A program made the translations under genes and the position numbers. Below are positions 36,082 to 49,556 of a stretch of 64,000 bases of DNA, in pieces (the stretch's first letter is position 1; each line of letters begins with the position of its first letter). Under the pieces are notes generated by a model, which did no database searches, was not told the origin of the DNA, and saw only the letters and a list, made by a program, of their open reading frames with translations. The stretch covers positions 4,216,001-4,280,000 of the forward strand of contig OX597820.1 of assembly GCA_951406725.2 (NCBI GenBank). Direction: 5' to 3'. This DNA comes from Octopus vulgaris (Eukaryota).

Positions 36082-37925
36082 TTAACATATACTGATGGCA
36101 TCAATACAAGCTTTCTCCAGGTCAACGAAGGCTAAGGACAATGGCTTACTTTTGGCCAAGTACTTTTCTTGCAGCTGTCTTACTGGGAAGCTGACATCTG
36201 TGGTACTCTTCCCAGGTATAAAACCAAACTGCATCTCATCTAGTTTAATTCTATTTCTAATCAATTGAACTATAACCCTCTCAGTAATTTTCATATACCT
36301 GGTTTAGCAGTTTAATACCTCTGTAGTTGTTTCTGTCTAAGGCATCACCTTTACCCTTATAGCAGCATCAAGTAATGCTACTACACCAGTCGTTGGGGAG
36401 GGTGCCTTCCTGAATAACCTGATTAACTATACAGGTGATGAAGCTGTATCCTATGCCACCAGAAATTTTAATCCTCTTGGCAGTGATTCCTGATGGCCCA
36501 GGGTCTTTCCCCATCTTTATGTCCTTAATTGCCTTATCTAGTATACTGTTATCAACCCTGATGGCTGGTCCCTCAATTGGTCTGATAGTTGGTCAACTCT
36601 CCTTCTCCCATTCATTTTCCACGTTTAGTAACCTTTCATAGTGACACTTCCATGCATCTCTGAGTCACAAAGTGCAAGAATACCCATTTATTTACTACCC
36701 ACAAGAGGCTAAACACAGAGAGGACAAACAAGGACAGACAAACGGATTAAGTCGATTATATCGACCCTAGTATGTAACTGGTACTTATTTAATCGACCCC
36801 GAAAGGATGAAAGGCAAAGTCGACCTTGGCGGAATTTGAACTCAAAACGCAGCGGTGGACGAAATACCACAAAGCATTTCACCCGGTGTGCTAACGTTTC
36901 TGTCAGTTCGCCGCCTTAAGTGCAAGAATACCATTATCCATTCGCACACATTTCTCACCTACCACATCTCTATCCTCTCTGATACACTACTTTGCAATCC
37001 TGAACACCTCACGCCTCTGATCCCCCTTTTGCTATGTATACCTGATGCCTCGCTGCCCTTTTGGCTACCTCATATAATTCTCTGCTTCCACCATTTTTCT
37101 ATTCTTTCCAGGCCTCCTTGCTCCACCACCATGTTACCTTTCGTCTAGCTGGAACTCTGCACCAACCACAGATTTCGTCCATAGCCCTCAGGAGATTGTC
37201 CCACAGGAACTTCCAGTTATCCTCTACACTATATGTCCCCTAAGTCTTCCTCTCTTTCATCAGAATCTTCCATTTGCAAATCTTTGCATTTTTGTCTGTC
37301 TGCTGGGTCTTTGAGCTTCCATAGTCTCCCTTTCCAGATTGGCTTATTTCTCCAGGTCTTTCTAGCTCTAATTCTGAAGTCACTAACTAGTAACCCATGC
37401 TGGGTTGTACACTCTTCACCTGGGAAAGACTTTGCATTTTTAAGCATCCATCTATCTCGTTGCCTGGTGAGGAGGAAGTCAATCTGGCTTATGTGCTCAT
37501 CAGACTGATCAGGGATTAGGTGGTTGGCTGGTTTTCTGAATTTAGCTTTGCAGATCATGAGATCGTTTGCATCGCAGAACTCCAGCAGTCTTGTTCCCTC
37601 CTTGTTTCTAGGTCCAAAGCCATAGCCCCTATGCACTCCCTGGAATCCATGGGCATGCTGTCCAACATGTCCATTGAAGTCACCAACCACAATAAAGTCT
37701 TTGTCATTTGTTATTGAGGGGGACTGCAAAAGGATCTCATAGAATTGGTCCTTCTGCTCATAAGTCAGCCCAGATTGAGGAGCACAAGCAAACTATTAAT
37801 TTACCTATGATAAGCCTCATCTTGAATACCCTATCACATACTCTGACTATCTCAATTACCTTATCTACCCACTTTTCTGCTAACAGTATGCCTACTCCAC
37901 CCATTCCATGCTTGTTTTATCGACC
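36082..37925 (-). pseudogene. Degenerate RTE LINE (APE and RT remnants)
   Basis: VVGDFNGHVG, RNKEGTRLLEFCDANDL, QIDFLL, QHGLLVSD, EMQFGFIPGKSTTD and AFVDLEKA across several frames. Confidence 0.85.
36685..36917 (-). mobile_element. tRNA-derived SINE (family 2) inserted in an RTE relic
   Basis: 15-bp TSD aagtgcaagaatacc at 36670-36684 and 36918-36932. Confidence 0.85.
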
Positions 37926-38623
37926 CCTGAAATGATAATAATAATGGATAAAAAAAGCAGTAGCTGAGAAGACTACAATTCTATATAGAATTCCATGGAA
38001 AAATTAGATGGGTGTCCATGGAGGCTTTGCTATCAGAAGAATATAAACCAAAATAAGAGCAGAAGATACAAAAACACGAAATTAATGACAAAATCTTCTG
38101 AACTTAAAAGGTGAATAATTTTTAAACATCAATGTCCCAAAATCCATTGCAACCAAAATCAAAGCATGCAAAACATGCCGTTCTACAATCATCTCATTCT
38201 AAGAAGGATGGAGACAACTTTGAAACATTCATGGAATTAATGGATTTAGGAATGGTCGGGTTCTAAGTTGAACATAAAGAACTAACAGAAAACATGAAAA
38301 ATCTTGATAAGAAAAATCAAACAAACATAATCAGGTCTTAAATACACCCCAAACATACACCCAGAACTACACTAAGAGCTTAGGGGTGAAATTTAGGATT
38401 TCTCAGTTTGCTGAGAATCAATTTTGGTAAACCTTTTCCCTGCTGGTTTGCATACTATGCCAACACCATTGTTATGTTTTCATTATTCTGTGTAACGTCC
38501 TTTCTTTTTTATTTCAGATTCTTCAGTTTTTGGGTGAACCACGCAGATAGCTTTTGAACGAAAATAACACATCTAGACATTTCTTTTCAGAAAATGAACA
38601 GTAACGATACATATTATGCAGAT

Positions 38624-39599
38624 ATTGAGTATATATTTAACAGAAAACCATAATAATATTATAACATTTATTGACATAATGAATTATTATAGCCACATGA
38701 GAGCCATTTCGATGGATAACTTCAAAAACCCTATTAGTCATGGAATCGATCAATTCCTTAATAGCAGCAGGTTGGACTGCCTCTGCTGCAGGTTTGATGG
38801 TCGCCCATAAGACATCTTTTGATGTAAATTGGTGTCCATCGGCATAAACATCTTGTTTAATGATGGAACAAAGATTTTTGAAAGGGTTAAGATCCGGAGA
38901 TGCTAGCAGCCACACCATCAATCTTTCACCTTGTATGCCATAAGACCCTAGGAAAGTTTGGGTGGTCTTGGCAGAGTGGGACGGAGCGATGTCATGCATG
39001 AATACGAGATTCCTTAGAAGTGACAGTGGTATGTCATCTCGCCAGGGCTCCTTCAGGAGATGGCAGTAGGCAGCTGCGGTCCCTTTAACCTCTTCAGGCA
39101 CCCTGACTGGGACAACAAGTCTTTCCCCAATGATACCAGCCCATAACATCACTCCTCCAGCCTGTTGTTGATGTCATAAATGTTGGTAATGCTCATCTCC
39201 AAAACAGACCCAACCGTCAGGTTCATCAAGGGCTGCCCTGGTTTCATCAGAGAACAGAGCACAGCTCCTGTCTAATATCATGTACTTTTGGGCCCATTCA
39301 AGCCTCAAACTCTTGTGAGGGTGTAGTTTCAGGGGTTCCTGCATGGAAGCCATTGTCCTGAGGATGCAATTTCTGGTGGTTTTTGGAACATGAAGTCTGG
39401 CGGCAGTGAAAATGGTTTTGCTTGTTTGTGCAGGTTCCCTACATAACTTGCGGCCAATATGCTTTAAATCCCTAGCTGTCACGGTCTTGAAGGCCCCACA
39501 ATCGGATCGTTTCATCCTTGGCTCTCATGTGGCTAAAAATTCGTTATGTCAAGAAATGTTATAATATTATTATGGTTTTCTGCTAAATATATACTCAAT
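38624..39599 (-). mobile_element. Tc1/mariner DD37E (TRT-like) transposase relic bounded by ~82-bp inverted repeats
   Basis: Motifs FSDETRAALDEPDGW, FMHDIAPSH and SPDLNPFKN, with 37 residues between the second D and the E position (here K). Inverted repeats at 38624-38706 and 39519-39599. Confidence 0.82.
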
Positions 39600-41275
39600 G
39601 TATGATCTCAACCCTCTTTTTTAATTGGTAACATCTGGTATATTTAAAGTTCTTATTTACAAAAACTGTTTTCAAAAATTTCTGTTTAGGCTCCTGTATA
39701 ATGAATAATTGAAAAAACTATTCAGGATTCTCACTAAAATATAATAATGTGGAAGTTTGACATTTATTAACAAATTAATATAAAATTTATTTGATAAAGT
39801 GTTTGACATGACACGTTTTCTTTGACATGTTTCAACTATAAAACATCTGGTCTTATGTCTATAGCTGATTGTAATGTTTATTTTGTAGTATTCTGCAATA
39901 TACACCAGAATAAACATTACAAGGAGCTAGGGATAGAATGGCTCACTTAGAATCTTTTTTGAAAACACTTTCATATTTAATAGTATTTTAAGATGGAGAT
40001 GCAACCAATACAAATTGAAAACACTTATGAAATCAAAATTATATTTATTTATTAATCATACATCACATGATATCATTACATAACACAACAATCCTCTCAT
40101 GAAGTTACTACAATACCAGATATACCGTTCAGAGAGTGTAGGGAATCTTTCATAAGGGAACAACCTGCATGGTGTGCCAGCAATGAGAACAGAAATTCAA
40201 TGATTTACAGTTAAATTTCATCTATTCAACCAACAAGCACCTGCACAAGCTTAGATCACCAATTTCCCAAACTAATTAACTAGTAAGCCTTTTTTGTGGA
40301 TAGTAACCATTAGACCCAGCAACAGCAAAATAACAACAGAGTGCACATCAAGAACAATTATGAACCTAGTTTACTGTCTACCAAAAGTCATTGTATACCA
40401 AACACCTAGTTGTTCAGAAAGACAGAATACAAGCAGATAGACTGGCATTTTACCAGCAGTCATAGAAGCAGATCAGCTGTAAGTACCAACAAGTTGAGCA
40501 ATAGATGAGTTTTACAAACAGCTCAGGCCCCACTTTTACCAGCACCCAAGAAACTGGAATGTAGAAGAACAACCGTAGCTATGCAGTGAAACAGAGACGA
40601 CTTTTCACAGCCAACAATTTTCATGTGCAGAGCATTTCACAAATGAACTGTATGACCTCCTTACCCTCTAACTTTTACTTAGAGTACATACAACTGGAAT
40701 GTAAATTTATATGTACATTTTAAACTACAAAGGTTACTATAGAGTCACAAACCTTTCCTTGTGCTTGTTATATGCACATAAACATACACGTTCTGTTGGT
40801 ACCTCTTTCGACTCACTTTGTTGTACACACAAACACACACTTCATGGACAAGCATTGTAGATTACTAAACTCATTTTCGTAATTACTAACAGTTCCTCAT
40901 TTAAATGATTTTACTGTCAATCAAACTTATCACAGCTAAATTAATTTATAGACAGGTACAAAAGATATTTTCCTGTTTGGTGAGAATAAAACCATCTTCA
41001 CAAATCTCTTCAGCGTTTTGTCTTTGGTTTGTCTTTTTGTTCACTGTAAGACCAATGTGTATAAGACTAGCAATCCAGTCGATTCAGTTAAGGGAAGAGC
41101 CTGTTTGTGGCCGAGTATTCCATTGACACACGTACCCTTTATGTAGTTCTTATAGAGATTCAACATGACACAGGCTGTGTCAAGGCTGGCCCTTTGAAAT
41201 ACAGCTACTACTTATTTTTGCTAGCTGAAAGCAGTGCAGCAAGATGAAATGAAGTGTCTTGCTCAATGACACAAT

Positions 41276-41438
41276 GGCACAGGAGTGGCTGTGTGGTAAG
41301 TAACTTGCTTACCAACCACATAGTTCCGGGTTCAGTCCTACTGCGTGGCACCTTGGGCAAGTGTCTTCTACTATAGCCTCGGGCCAACCAAAGCCTTGTG
41401 AGTGGATTTGGTAGACGGAAACTGAAAGAAGCCCATCG

Positions 41439-41470
<32 letters not shown>

Positions 41471-41696
41471 GGCGTGTATGTTTGTGTGTCTGTGTTTGTC
41501 CCCCTAGCATTGCTTGACAACCGATGCTGGAGTGTTTATGTCCCCGTCACTTAGCGGTTCAGCAAAAAGAGACCGATAGAATAAGTACTGGGCTTACAAA
41601 GAATAAGTCCCGGGGTCGAGTTGCTTGATTAAAGGCAGTGCTCCAGCATGGCCGCAGTCAAATGACTGAAACAAGTAAAAGAGAGTAAAGAGTAAA
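41276..41696 (+). mobile_element. tRNA-derived SINE (family 1, ~420 bp, internal (TA)(TG) microsatellite), near full length
   Basis: A-box tggctgtgtggt, B-box gggttcagtcc, 3' end ctccagcatggccgcagtcaaatgactgaaacaagta(aagagta)n. Other copies at 7750-8132 -, 16710-17045 -, 17135-17445 -, 18960-19103 -, 22720-22882 -, 32843-33228 -, 42785-43135 +, 43920-44282 -, 62783-63066 -. Confidence 0.85.
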
Positions 41697-42598
41697 GTAC
41701 TGCCCGGAATCGAACTTATGGCCCTGCAATTGAAAGCTGATTGCTCAAACCACAAAGCCACCACACGCCTTCACACCAGTTTAAGCGTGAAATCTTATTG
41801 TCATAAATAAAACGTTCAGAATCTGTTTTTGCTGTTATCAGTGTTGACAGCAAATAAGATTATTGATAGGAGAGGGTGTTATTGGCAGGAGGGTGGTGGT
41901 GGTGGTGGTGAGACGTTTGACATAAATATTATTCCAGGTATTCTGCTGACGTCCTGTCACATAAAATAAAGGAGAGAACAGCAGGTGTATGGTGATCCAC
42001 CGAACTTTCGTTCTTTACTAATCACAGTTTACTTTCTGGTAACTTATATTTCTAATCTTTATTTTCTGATCTAATAATGTTTGTTACCATAGCAATCAGA
42101 AACTGCTGTTTGTTAGTTGGGAATAGATGATAATGTTGATAACACTGCTCATACTGAAAATAATGTCCACACTCAGCCCCGAATAAAATATTATTTGATT
42201 TGTGAACAAATAATTACCAAACACAAATTATCAACATCTCATGTTGATTAGGCATGGAATGCTGTGTTTAATGAATGTGATGTTTTTCAAAAATTAGTAG
42301 GTATCAAAACAACAATTAATGCTTAACATGTTAATTATTTTGTAACTAAATACTAACAATTATCATGTGCAGAATACATTATTTCAACAGTAATTAAGAC
42401 AATAATACAGGTTGTATAAACTAGCCTATATATATACATCATATCAGCTATATATATATTAGTCTATATAAAATACAGGTTATATATACACTGTACATAC
42501 AGAAAATACCAGTCATACAATCTTGTCTATATATATTATAATTTATACAGAATATGAAGAGTATATATATTAAGTGGTTAATAATAAATCTCTCTCTT

Positions 42599-42646
<48 letters not shown>

Positions 42647-42705
42647 TGTGTGCAGAATGTGGGTTATATAAAATAGGCTACACATTATATGGTCTAAGTA
42701 AAATG

Positions 42706-42745
<40 letters not shown>

Positions 42746-45075
42746 TCTATATAAAGTAAACTATGCATAGGTATAGCTACATAGCTATGACTGTATGGTT
42801 AAGAAGTTCACTTTGCAACTGCATGGTTTCAGGTTCAGTCCCACTGTGCAGCACCTTGGACAAATGTCTTTTATTATAGCCCTGGGCCGACCAAAGCTTT
42901 GTGAGGGAATTTTGTAGACGGAAACTGTGTGGGAGCCATTTATATATATGTATGCTTGTTGACCCCTCCCCCCCAGGTGTTTGTTTACATTCCTGTAACT
43001 TAACAGTTCAGCAAAAGAGACTGGTAGAATAATTACCAGACTTTAAAAAAAATAAACACTGAGGTCAACTTATTCCACTAAAAACCTTTTCAAGACGGTG
43101 CCCCAGCATGGCCGCAGTCCTACAGTTAAAACAACTATGTATGATGACCATTCTTTCAGACAGCTTCATTGCAATATTTGGCAGAGAAGCTTCTGATGGT
43201 AAAAATCAGAAAGGATTCAAGAACAGCCAAAATCAAAAGAGGATTATTTAAATAATTCTTCAATCTAGACTTTTATTCCTTTGCAGTTTGATTCCTGACA
43301 CATTGTCTCTCAAGAGGAACATAAAAGTATTTTGTCAATTCCGTTCTGCCACAATAAAAGACATCACAGTTGCATCCCTCCAGCCTCGTTTTTCAATTCC
43401 AACTTAATTGGTTCTAATGCTGATACAACAGTAGGAATAACGTTAACCCATAAAGCGCTGGGATTTGCACTTACATTGCATGAGCTGCTGAGCACATTTT
43501 ATGAAAATGAAACTACCATGCACACAAAAAACCCCAAAAAATAGTTAAAATATCCTCTTAGTATATAATGGTGGGAAGTTTTACATCATCTGAAAAGCCG
43601 TCTTGCATTCTTGAGGGTATCGGAGCGTTTGAATGACATCAGACCCCAACAAACGCCCATAAATTAAATGCATCTATCTGGGCCATGACGTGGCCTGTCA
43701 ACCTGAGCCTGACGGCCACGGTTGTGTCCAGTCCTGCTTTGTGCTGTGTTGTCTGGACAGTCAAGAATACGTTTATACCGGAAATAACTTTTATCAATGC
43801 AGCTTTTAAAACACAAGGAATATTCAAACATTGCCAATAACCAATTCCTTTTGGTCTTCACATCTTTAATTACAAGTCGTGACCATTCTTCTCTTTGTAA
43901 CAGATTTCTGGAGTCTTTTATCCTTTACTGGTTTCAGTCATTAGACTGTGGCCATACTGGGGCATTGCTCTGAAGAATTTTCAATCAAATGAATTGGCCC
44001 CAGTAATTCGTTTCTCTTTTTAATGCTGGTACTTATTCTATCCATTTCTTTTGCCAAACTGCTAAGTCACAGGGACATAAATATACCAACACAGGTTGAC
44101 ACACACACATATATACACACGGAGGGCTTCTTTCAGTTTCTGTCTACCAAATCCACTCACAAGGCTTTGGTCAGTCCAAGGCTAGAATAGAGGACACTTG
44201 CCAATGGTGCTACACTGAAGGACTGAACCCAGAACCATGTGGTTGAGAAGCAAGCTTCTTACCACACAGCCACACCTGTGCCAAGTTTTTTTGGGGTTTT
44301 TTTTCTGTGTAGTATTACAAATGAACAAAATGGTTGGCATTCAGAAGAGGAATCCAACTTGACAGACCCTGCGCCAATGCAGACACTGGAGCTGTGCACA
44401 GGCCTCTGACTTGTCAATTCATGTCAAATTGTTCAACCCATTGCCAGAAGGGGAAAAGGGGATGTTAAATGATGGTGATGATGATGATGATGATGATGGC
44501 AGTGACAAGGTTTAACCCCTTAGCATTCAAACTGGCCATACCTGGCCAAAATATTCTACTTGTTTTATGCTCAATCTAACTAGATCAGGCTTCTCACACC
44601 TACCCTGCAATGTCATGATTAATTCAAAACAAAGTGAATCAATGAAGCTGGCATTTAACAGAGACATCTGAATGCTAAAAGGTTTTTTTTTTTTTTTCTT
44701 TAACAGAACGGTCTTCTACATTAAAAGCTGTTTTGCTGTGCTTAGTTTGTGGCAGACTGGCACAGAGTGTATGTCTGTGCAAATTGACAGAGCCAAGTCC
44801 AAGAACTCTTCTAAACACTTTACCTTTGCAATATATATTCTTTAATGTCATATTAAACTTATTTAATCAAACAAAAATGGAAATTTTATTATATAAATGG
44901 TACGTAAATGAAATAGTTTGAACATATGAAACAAAATGGTCACTGATGAATGTCATGTTATTTATTATAGTGAGTTTTTGAAACAAAAAAATTTGAGAAG
45001 TGTATATTCTTGTAGCAGCATGTATACACAAACTGAGGTATGTACAGTGTGTATGTATATCATCATCTTCAATAC

Positions 45076-46003
45076 CATCATTTAACTTCCGATTTCCATG
45101 CTAGCATGGGTTGGACGATTTGACTGAGGTCTGGCAAACCAGGAGGCTGCACCAGGCTCCAATCTGATCTGGCAGAGTTTCTACAGCTGGATACCCTTCC
45201 TAACGCCAACCACTCCAAGAGTGTAGTGGGTGCTTTTATGTGCCACCGGCACGAGGGCCACTCTGGCGGTACTGGCAACGGCCACGCCCAAATGGTGCTT
45301 TTTTACATGTGCCACCTGCACAGGAGTCAGTCCAGCGGCACAGGAGTCAGTCCAGTGGCACTGGCAACGACCTTGCTTGAATGTTTTGTTCAGGTGCCAC
45401 TGGAACAAATGCCAGTAAAGCAACGCAAGTAACGATCATGCTCAAATGGTGGGTTTTTTTATGTGCCACTGGCATGGAAGCCAAACAGCTGCTCTGGCAG
45501 TGATCCCGGTTGGATGGAGCTGTTAGCGCTCCACTGGCACAGGTGCCAGTCATCGAATTTGGTTCAATTTCGATTTCACTTGCCCCAACAGGTCTTCGCA
45601 AGCAGAGTTTAATGTCCAATGAAGGAAGGTTAGCATGAGTGCCAGTCGAATTTGGTTTGATTTCGATTTTACTTGCCTCAACAGGTCTTCACAAGCAGAG
45701 TTTTGTGTCCAAAGGTACACATAAGTGGGCTGGTTACACCCCTGGTAAAGGCCATGGGTTATGGTCTCACTTGTCTTGCCGGGTCTTCTCACGCACAGCA
45801 TATTTCCAAAGGTCTCGGTCTCTAGTCATTGCCTCGGTGAGGCCTAATGTTCGAAGGTTGTGCTTCACCACCTCGTCCCAGGTTTTCCTGGGTCTACCTC
45901 TTCCACAGGTTCCCTCAACCACTAGGGTGTGGCACTTTTTCACACAGCTATCCTCATCCATTCTCACCACAAGACCATACCAGCACAATCGTCTCTCTTG
46001 CAC
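45076..46003 (-). mobile_element. RTE LINE 3' portion: ORF C-terminus, 3'UTR and (GAT)n tail
   Basis: RRLCWYGLVVRMDEDSCVKKC...GRGRPRKTW...DRDLWKYAV, followed by the abundant 3'UTR repeat. Confidence 0.9.
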
Positions 46004-49000
46004 ATAACATTATGAAAACGGAGAGGTTATAAATATGGTGTTACAACTTTGTCAGGGCTACCAACACAACAGGCAAAGATCTATACCATAATGCCCCACA
46101 ACAAAATGAATGAGTTCTTACAAGTTATTACAAAGAGATTAACTTTTATTTACAAATGCAGACAAGTCATATTTGTTCACTGGCACGTAAAAAGCACCCA
46201 CGACACTCGCGAAGTGGTTGGCATTAGGAAGGGCATCCAGCTGTAGAAACTCTGCCAGATCAAGATTGGAGCCTGGTGCAGTCATCTGGTTCACCAGCCC
46301 TCACTCATCCGTCCAACCCATGCCAGCATGGAAAGCGGACGTTAAATGATGATGATGATTTTACTCCCCTACACTACCATTTGATGCAGTACAATTCTTT
46401 CAATGGAAGAACGCAACACACAACCTCACTCGCTCACGGTTGGCCACCGACTGGATGACGCCGAAAAAATAGGTGTTTGCCCTTTACTTGCGCTCTGTCC
46501 CCATCTTTGCAAGTTGCCATCTCCATTATATTTATTGTCACTTATCCTTCAATTACCAAGAATAAGTCTGAACAAGTTTTTAATTTAAGAGAAAATTAAA
46601 TAAGGGATAAAAAATTTTTATCTGAAAAAATGACTTTCCGGGCGAAAACTACAAAATTTCATGGTCGATGAGGGTCGCTTTGCAGTTGCTTGATAGAGAG
46701 AAAATTTTGCATAGATTGTTTTTTGTTAATTGGAACAAGATAGCGGGGTGGGAGTTAAAGTTTTAGAAAGTTGAAAAATAAGGGCCACTCTAGTGTACAC
46801 ACACACACACAGAGTGTATATCCAAACCAAGCATATTTTATCAGTTTGCTATTTCTGATTCATTATTTCAATGTCCACATTTCTTATGCTTGCACGAGTC
46901 TTATGAAATGTGTTAAGGCAGATTTTCTAGCCAGATGCCTTTCCTGTTGCCAATCCTTACCCTGTTTCCAAGCAAAATAATATTTCACAGACAACAGAAA
47001 CGAATGACACTGCCTATATGACAGTGACACTCATTTACGACTACGACATGTTGTCAAAGAAATACAAAAATGCCTAGCCACCGCCGTTGCCACTACAACC
47101 ACCACCACTACCACCACACAATGGGCTTCTTTCTGTTCCAGCCCATCAAATTCCCTCAGGGTCTTGGTTAACTCGGGGGCTATGGCAGAAGACATTTTTA
47201 CCACATCTGTCACACAATGAGACTGAAACAGTAACCAAGTGATTAGGATGTAAACTCTCCCCCTGCACATCCCAACCGACAACTGTTTTGTGTGTTTATT
47301 TCTGAATCACTTCAACATGTTACAATGGCAGTAAACAACTTTGAGTGACAGAAGAGAGAGACACTTGTGAAGGTTCCAGATTATTTAATGCATCTCCATC
47401 ATAAAAACAGAGGCAACACACTTTTACAATGTTTTAACTCATCATTAGACATCAGATTTGCTTAGACAATAGATTCTAACTTACACCATCTTGAATATGA
47501 TGGCTTTGGAAAAACTGGTGACATCTGGTTCTCGTATATATTGCGCACATGAATGTTTTAAGTAAAAACTACATTTCACATGAATCATCATCATCATACA
47601 GGGGAAACAGAACCCCACCACCCTTCAGTCATCAACGACCAGGCTATTGTACCCAGAAAGTTCTCCTCCGAGGCACAAGTATGGGCGAGGTTGTTTATGG
47701 AAGGCCAGCAGTCACCCATGCACACCAACCTCCCCTCTCCAAGAGAAAGGGCAAAAGGGGCCGATACAGCTTAGCACCAGCAACGTCATCAATTCCATTT
47801 CTACAGCTGAGTGAACTGGAGAAATGTGAAATAAAGTGTCTTGCTCAAGAACACAACACACATCCTGATGTTTGTGGACTTTATTGAGGTGAAATTTCTA
47901 TGGTTGGATGCCCTTCCTGTCACCAACTCTCACCCATTTCCAAAATTAGGGGCAAAATTTTTCTACGGCCAGATATTTTCATGCAGAACATTGGAAATAA
48001 ATGTGAATGCTTATATGACAGTGACAATTGTTTAAGACTATCGTGCAAAGTCAAGACAAGGAGAGACAAACAGACACACACGACAGGCTTCCGTACAGTC
48101 TCCATCAATCAAATGCACTCACAAGACTTTGGTTGGCCAGAGGCTGTATTAGAAAACACTTGCCCAAAGTACCACACAGCAGGACTGAACCCAGAATCAT
48201 GTGGTTCTTACCACACAGCCACACCTATAAATAAATACAATAACCACATTCCTAAGTGTGGACAACATTTTCATCCTCCTCCTCCTCCCCCTCCAATGTA
48301 CCTTCAAACTTGTCTTCTTGTTGAAATGGTAGTCATGCTCACAGCTTGATTCAAGGTTCTTTTAAAGACCATCACAAACAGCCAAATCAACTCCATATGC
48401 CTACAACAGTTGATGCCAAGGTTAATATCCGAACCAAATTTAAACATGGGACTTGATCCAATTATATTTTTTCCTAAATCAAGATTGAATTCAGAATATT
48501 TTTTCATGAAAATACAATTTTCTTTTTTTTTTTTTTGCAGATAAACTTCTATAAATTCTGATTATTCCAGTAATCCAGAATTTACCAAATAATGCTCATT
48601 CACAATCAAATCTCTGCAACTTTGCGAAGATTTCTATTTTCTCTAAAGAAATACTGAAGCTTTCACAGTTCTTTTAATTATTTCATTAGTCAATGTTTTT
48701 TAATTCAAACTTTATTGATACAGGATCATCTGTGTTAAATAAAAATCATTCATTGATAAAAACCAAACCTAAATATAGGATCTGTAAACTTGGAGACAGA
48801 CAGACAGACCTGAAGCAGACATGGAGACGAGAGAGCTTGTCTTTGATGAGGTTGCAAATGTCAATGGAAGCACTTTCACAAACTTGATCGATTGATTGAT
48901 TAATCAGTTATTACAGATTGGTTAATTGGTTAAATGTTCCTCAATTAACAAAGAATACTAAAAGAAGTGAAAGAGAACCAGTGCATGTGTTTATTATTGA

Positions 49001-49199
49001 CAGAATGATCCTCAGAAGATGCAATAAAATTTGTTTCAATGCAAGAATTGACATCAAGAATCCAGCAAGCCAAATGCAAAAATTGAACTGGACTGACTTT
49101 CCCAATAAAAGCACTTTTAAGTGTTCAGAGAAAATTCATCAAAAATGGATGTTTTTCTACAGTTTCAGACTGCTTTTTCAGGAAAAATGGTTATTTTCT

Positions 49200-49556
49200 G
49201 TTCTATATTTAAGAGATGAGGAATTATTTACATTTGACGGATATTTTTCCTCATCTTGTTTGTTGTTAACACGTTTCGGCTGATATACCCTCCAGCCTTC
49301 ATCAGGTGTCTTGGGGGAATTTCGAGCCTGAGTTCTCATTCCTAAGGTATTTTTCGGAATCGAACTCAGAATCTTAGGTTAGTAGCCTGTGCTCTTAACC
49401 ACTACGCCATATGCCCAATAATAATAACATCACAAAATACCTTGGGTTTGAAATTTCCCCCAAGACACCTGATGAAGGCTTGGAGGGTATATCAGCCAAA
49501 ACGTTGTGTTAACAACAAACAAGATGAGGACAAATATCTGTCAATTGTAAATAATG
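49200..49556 (-). mobile_element. tRNA-headed, hammerhead-bearing non-autonomous Penelope-like element, copy B
   Basis: Minus-strand unit ending at the tRNA 5' end (49416), joined to a plus-strand partial unit. Hammerheads at 49268-49310 (-) and 49464-49510 (+). 15-bp TSD tggttattttctgtt at 49188-49202 and 49557-49571. Confidence 0.8.

Noticed and set aside
43680-43735. GC-rich alternative hairpins (cgtggcc...ggccacg) as a possible HDV-like ribozyme
   Set aside because: I could not build the nested double pseudoknot; short stems are expected by chance.
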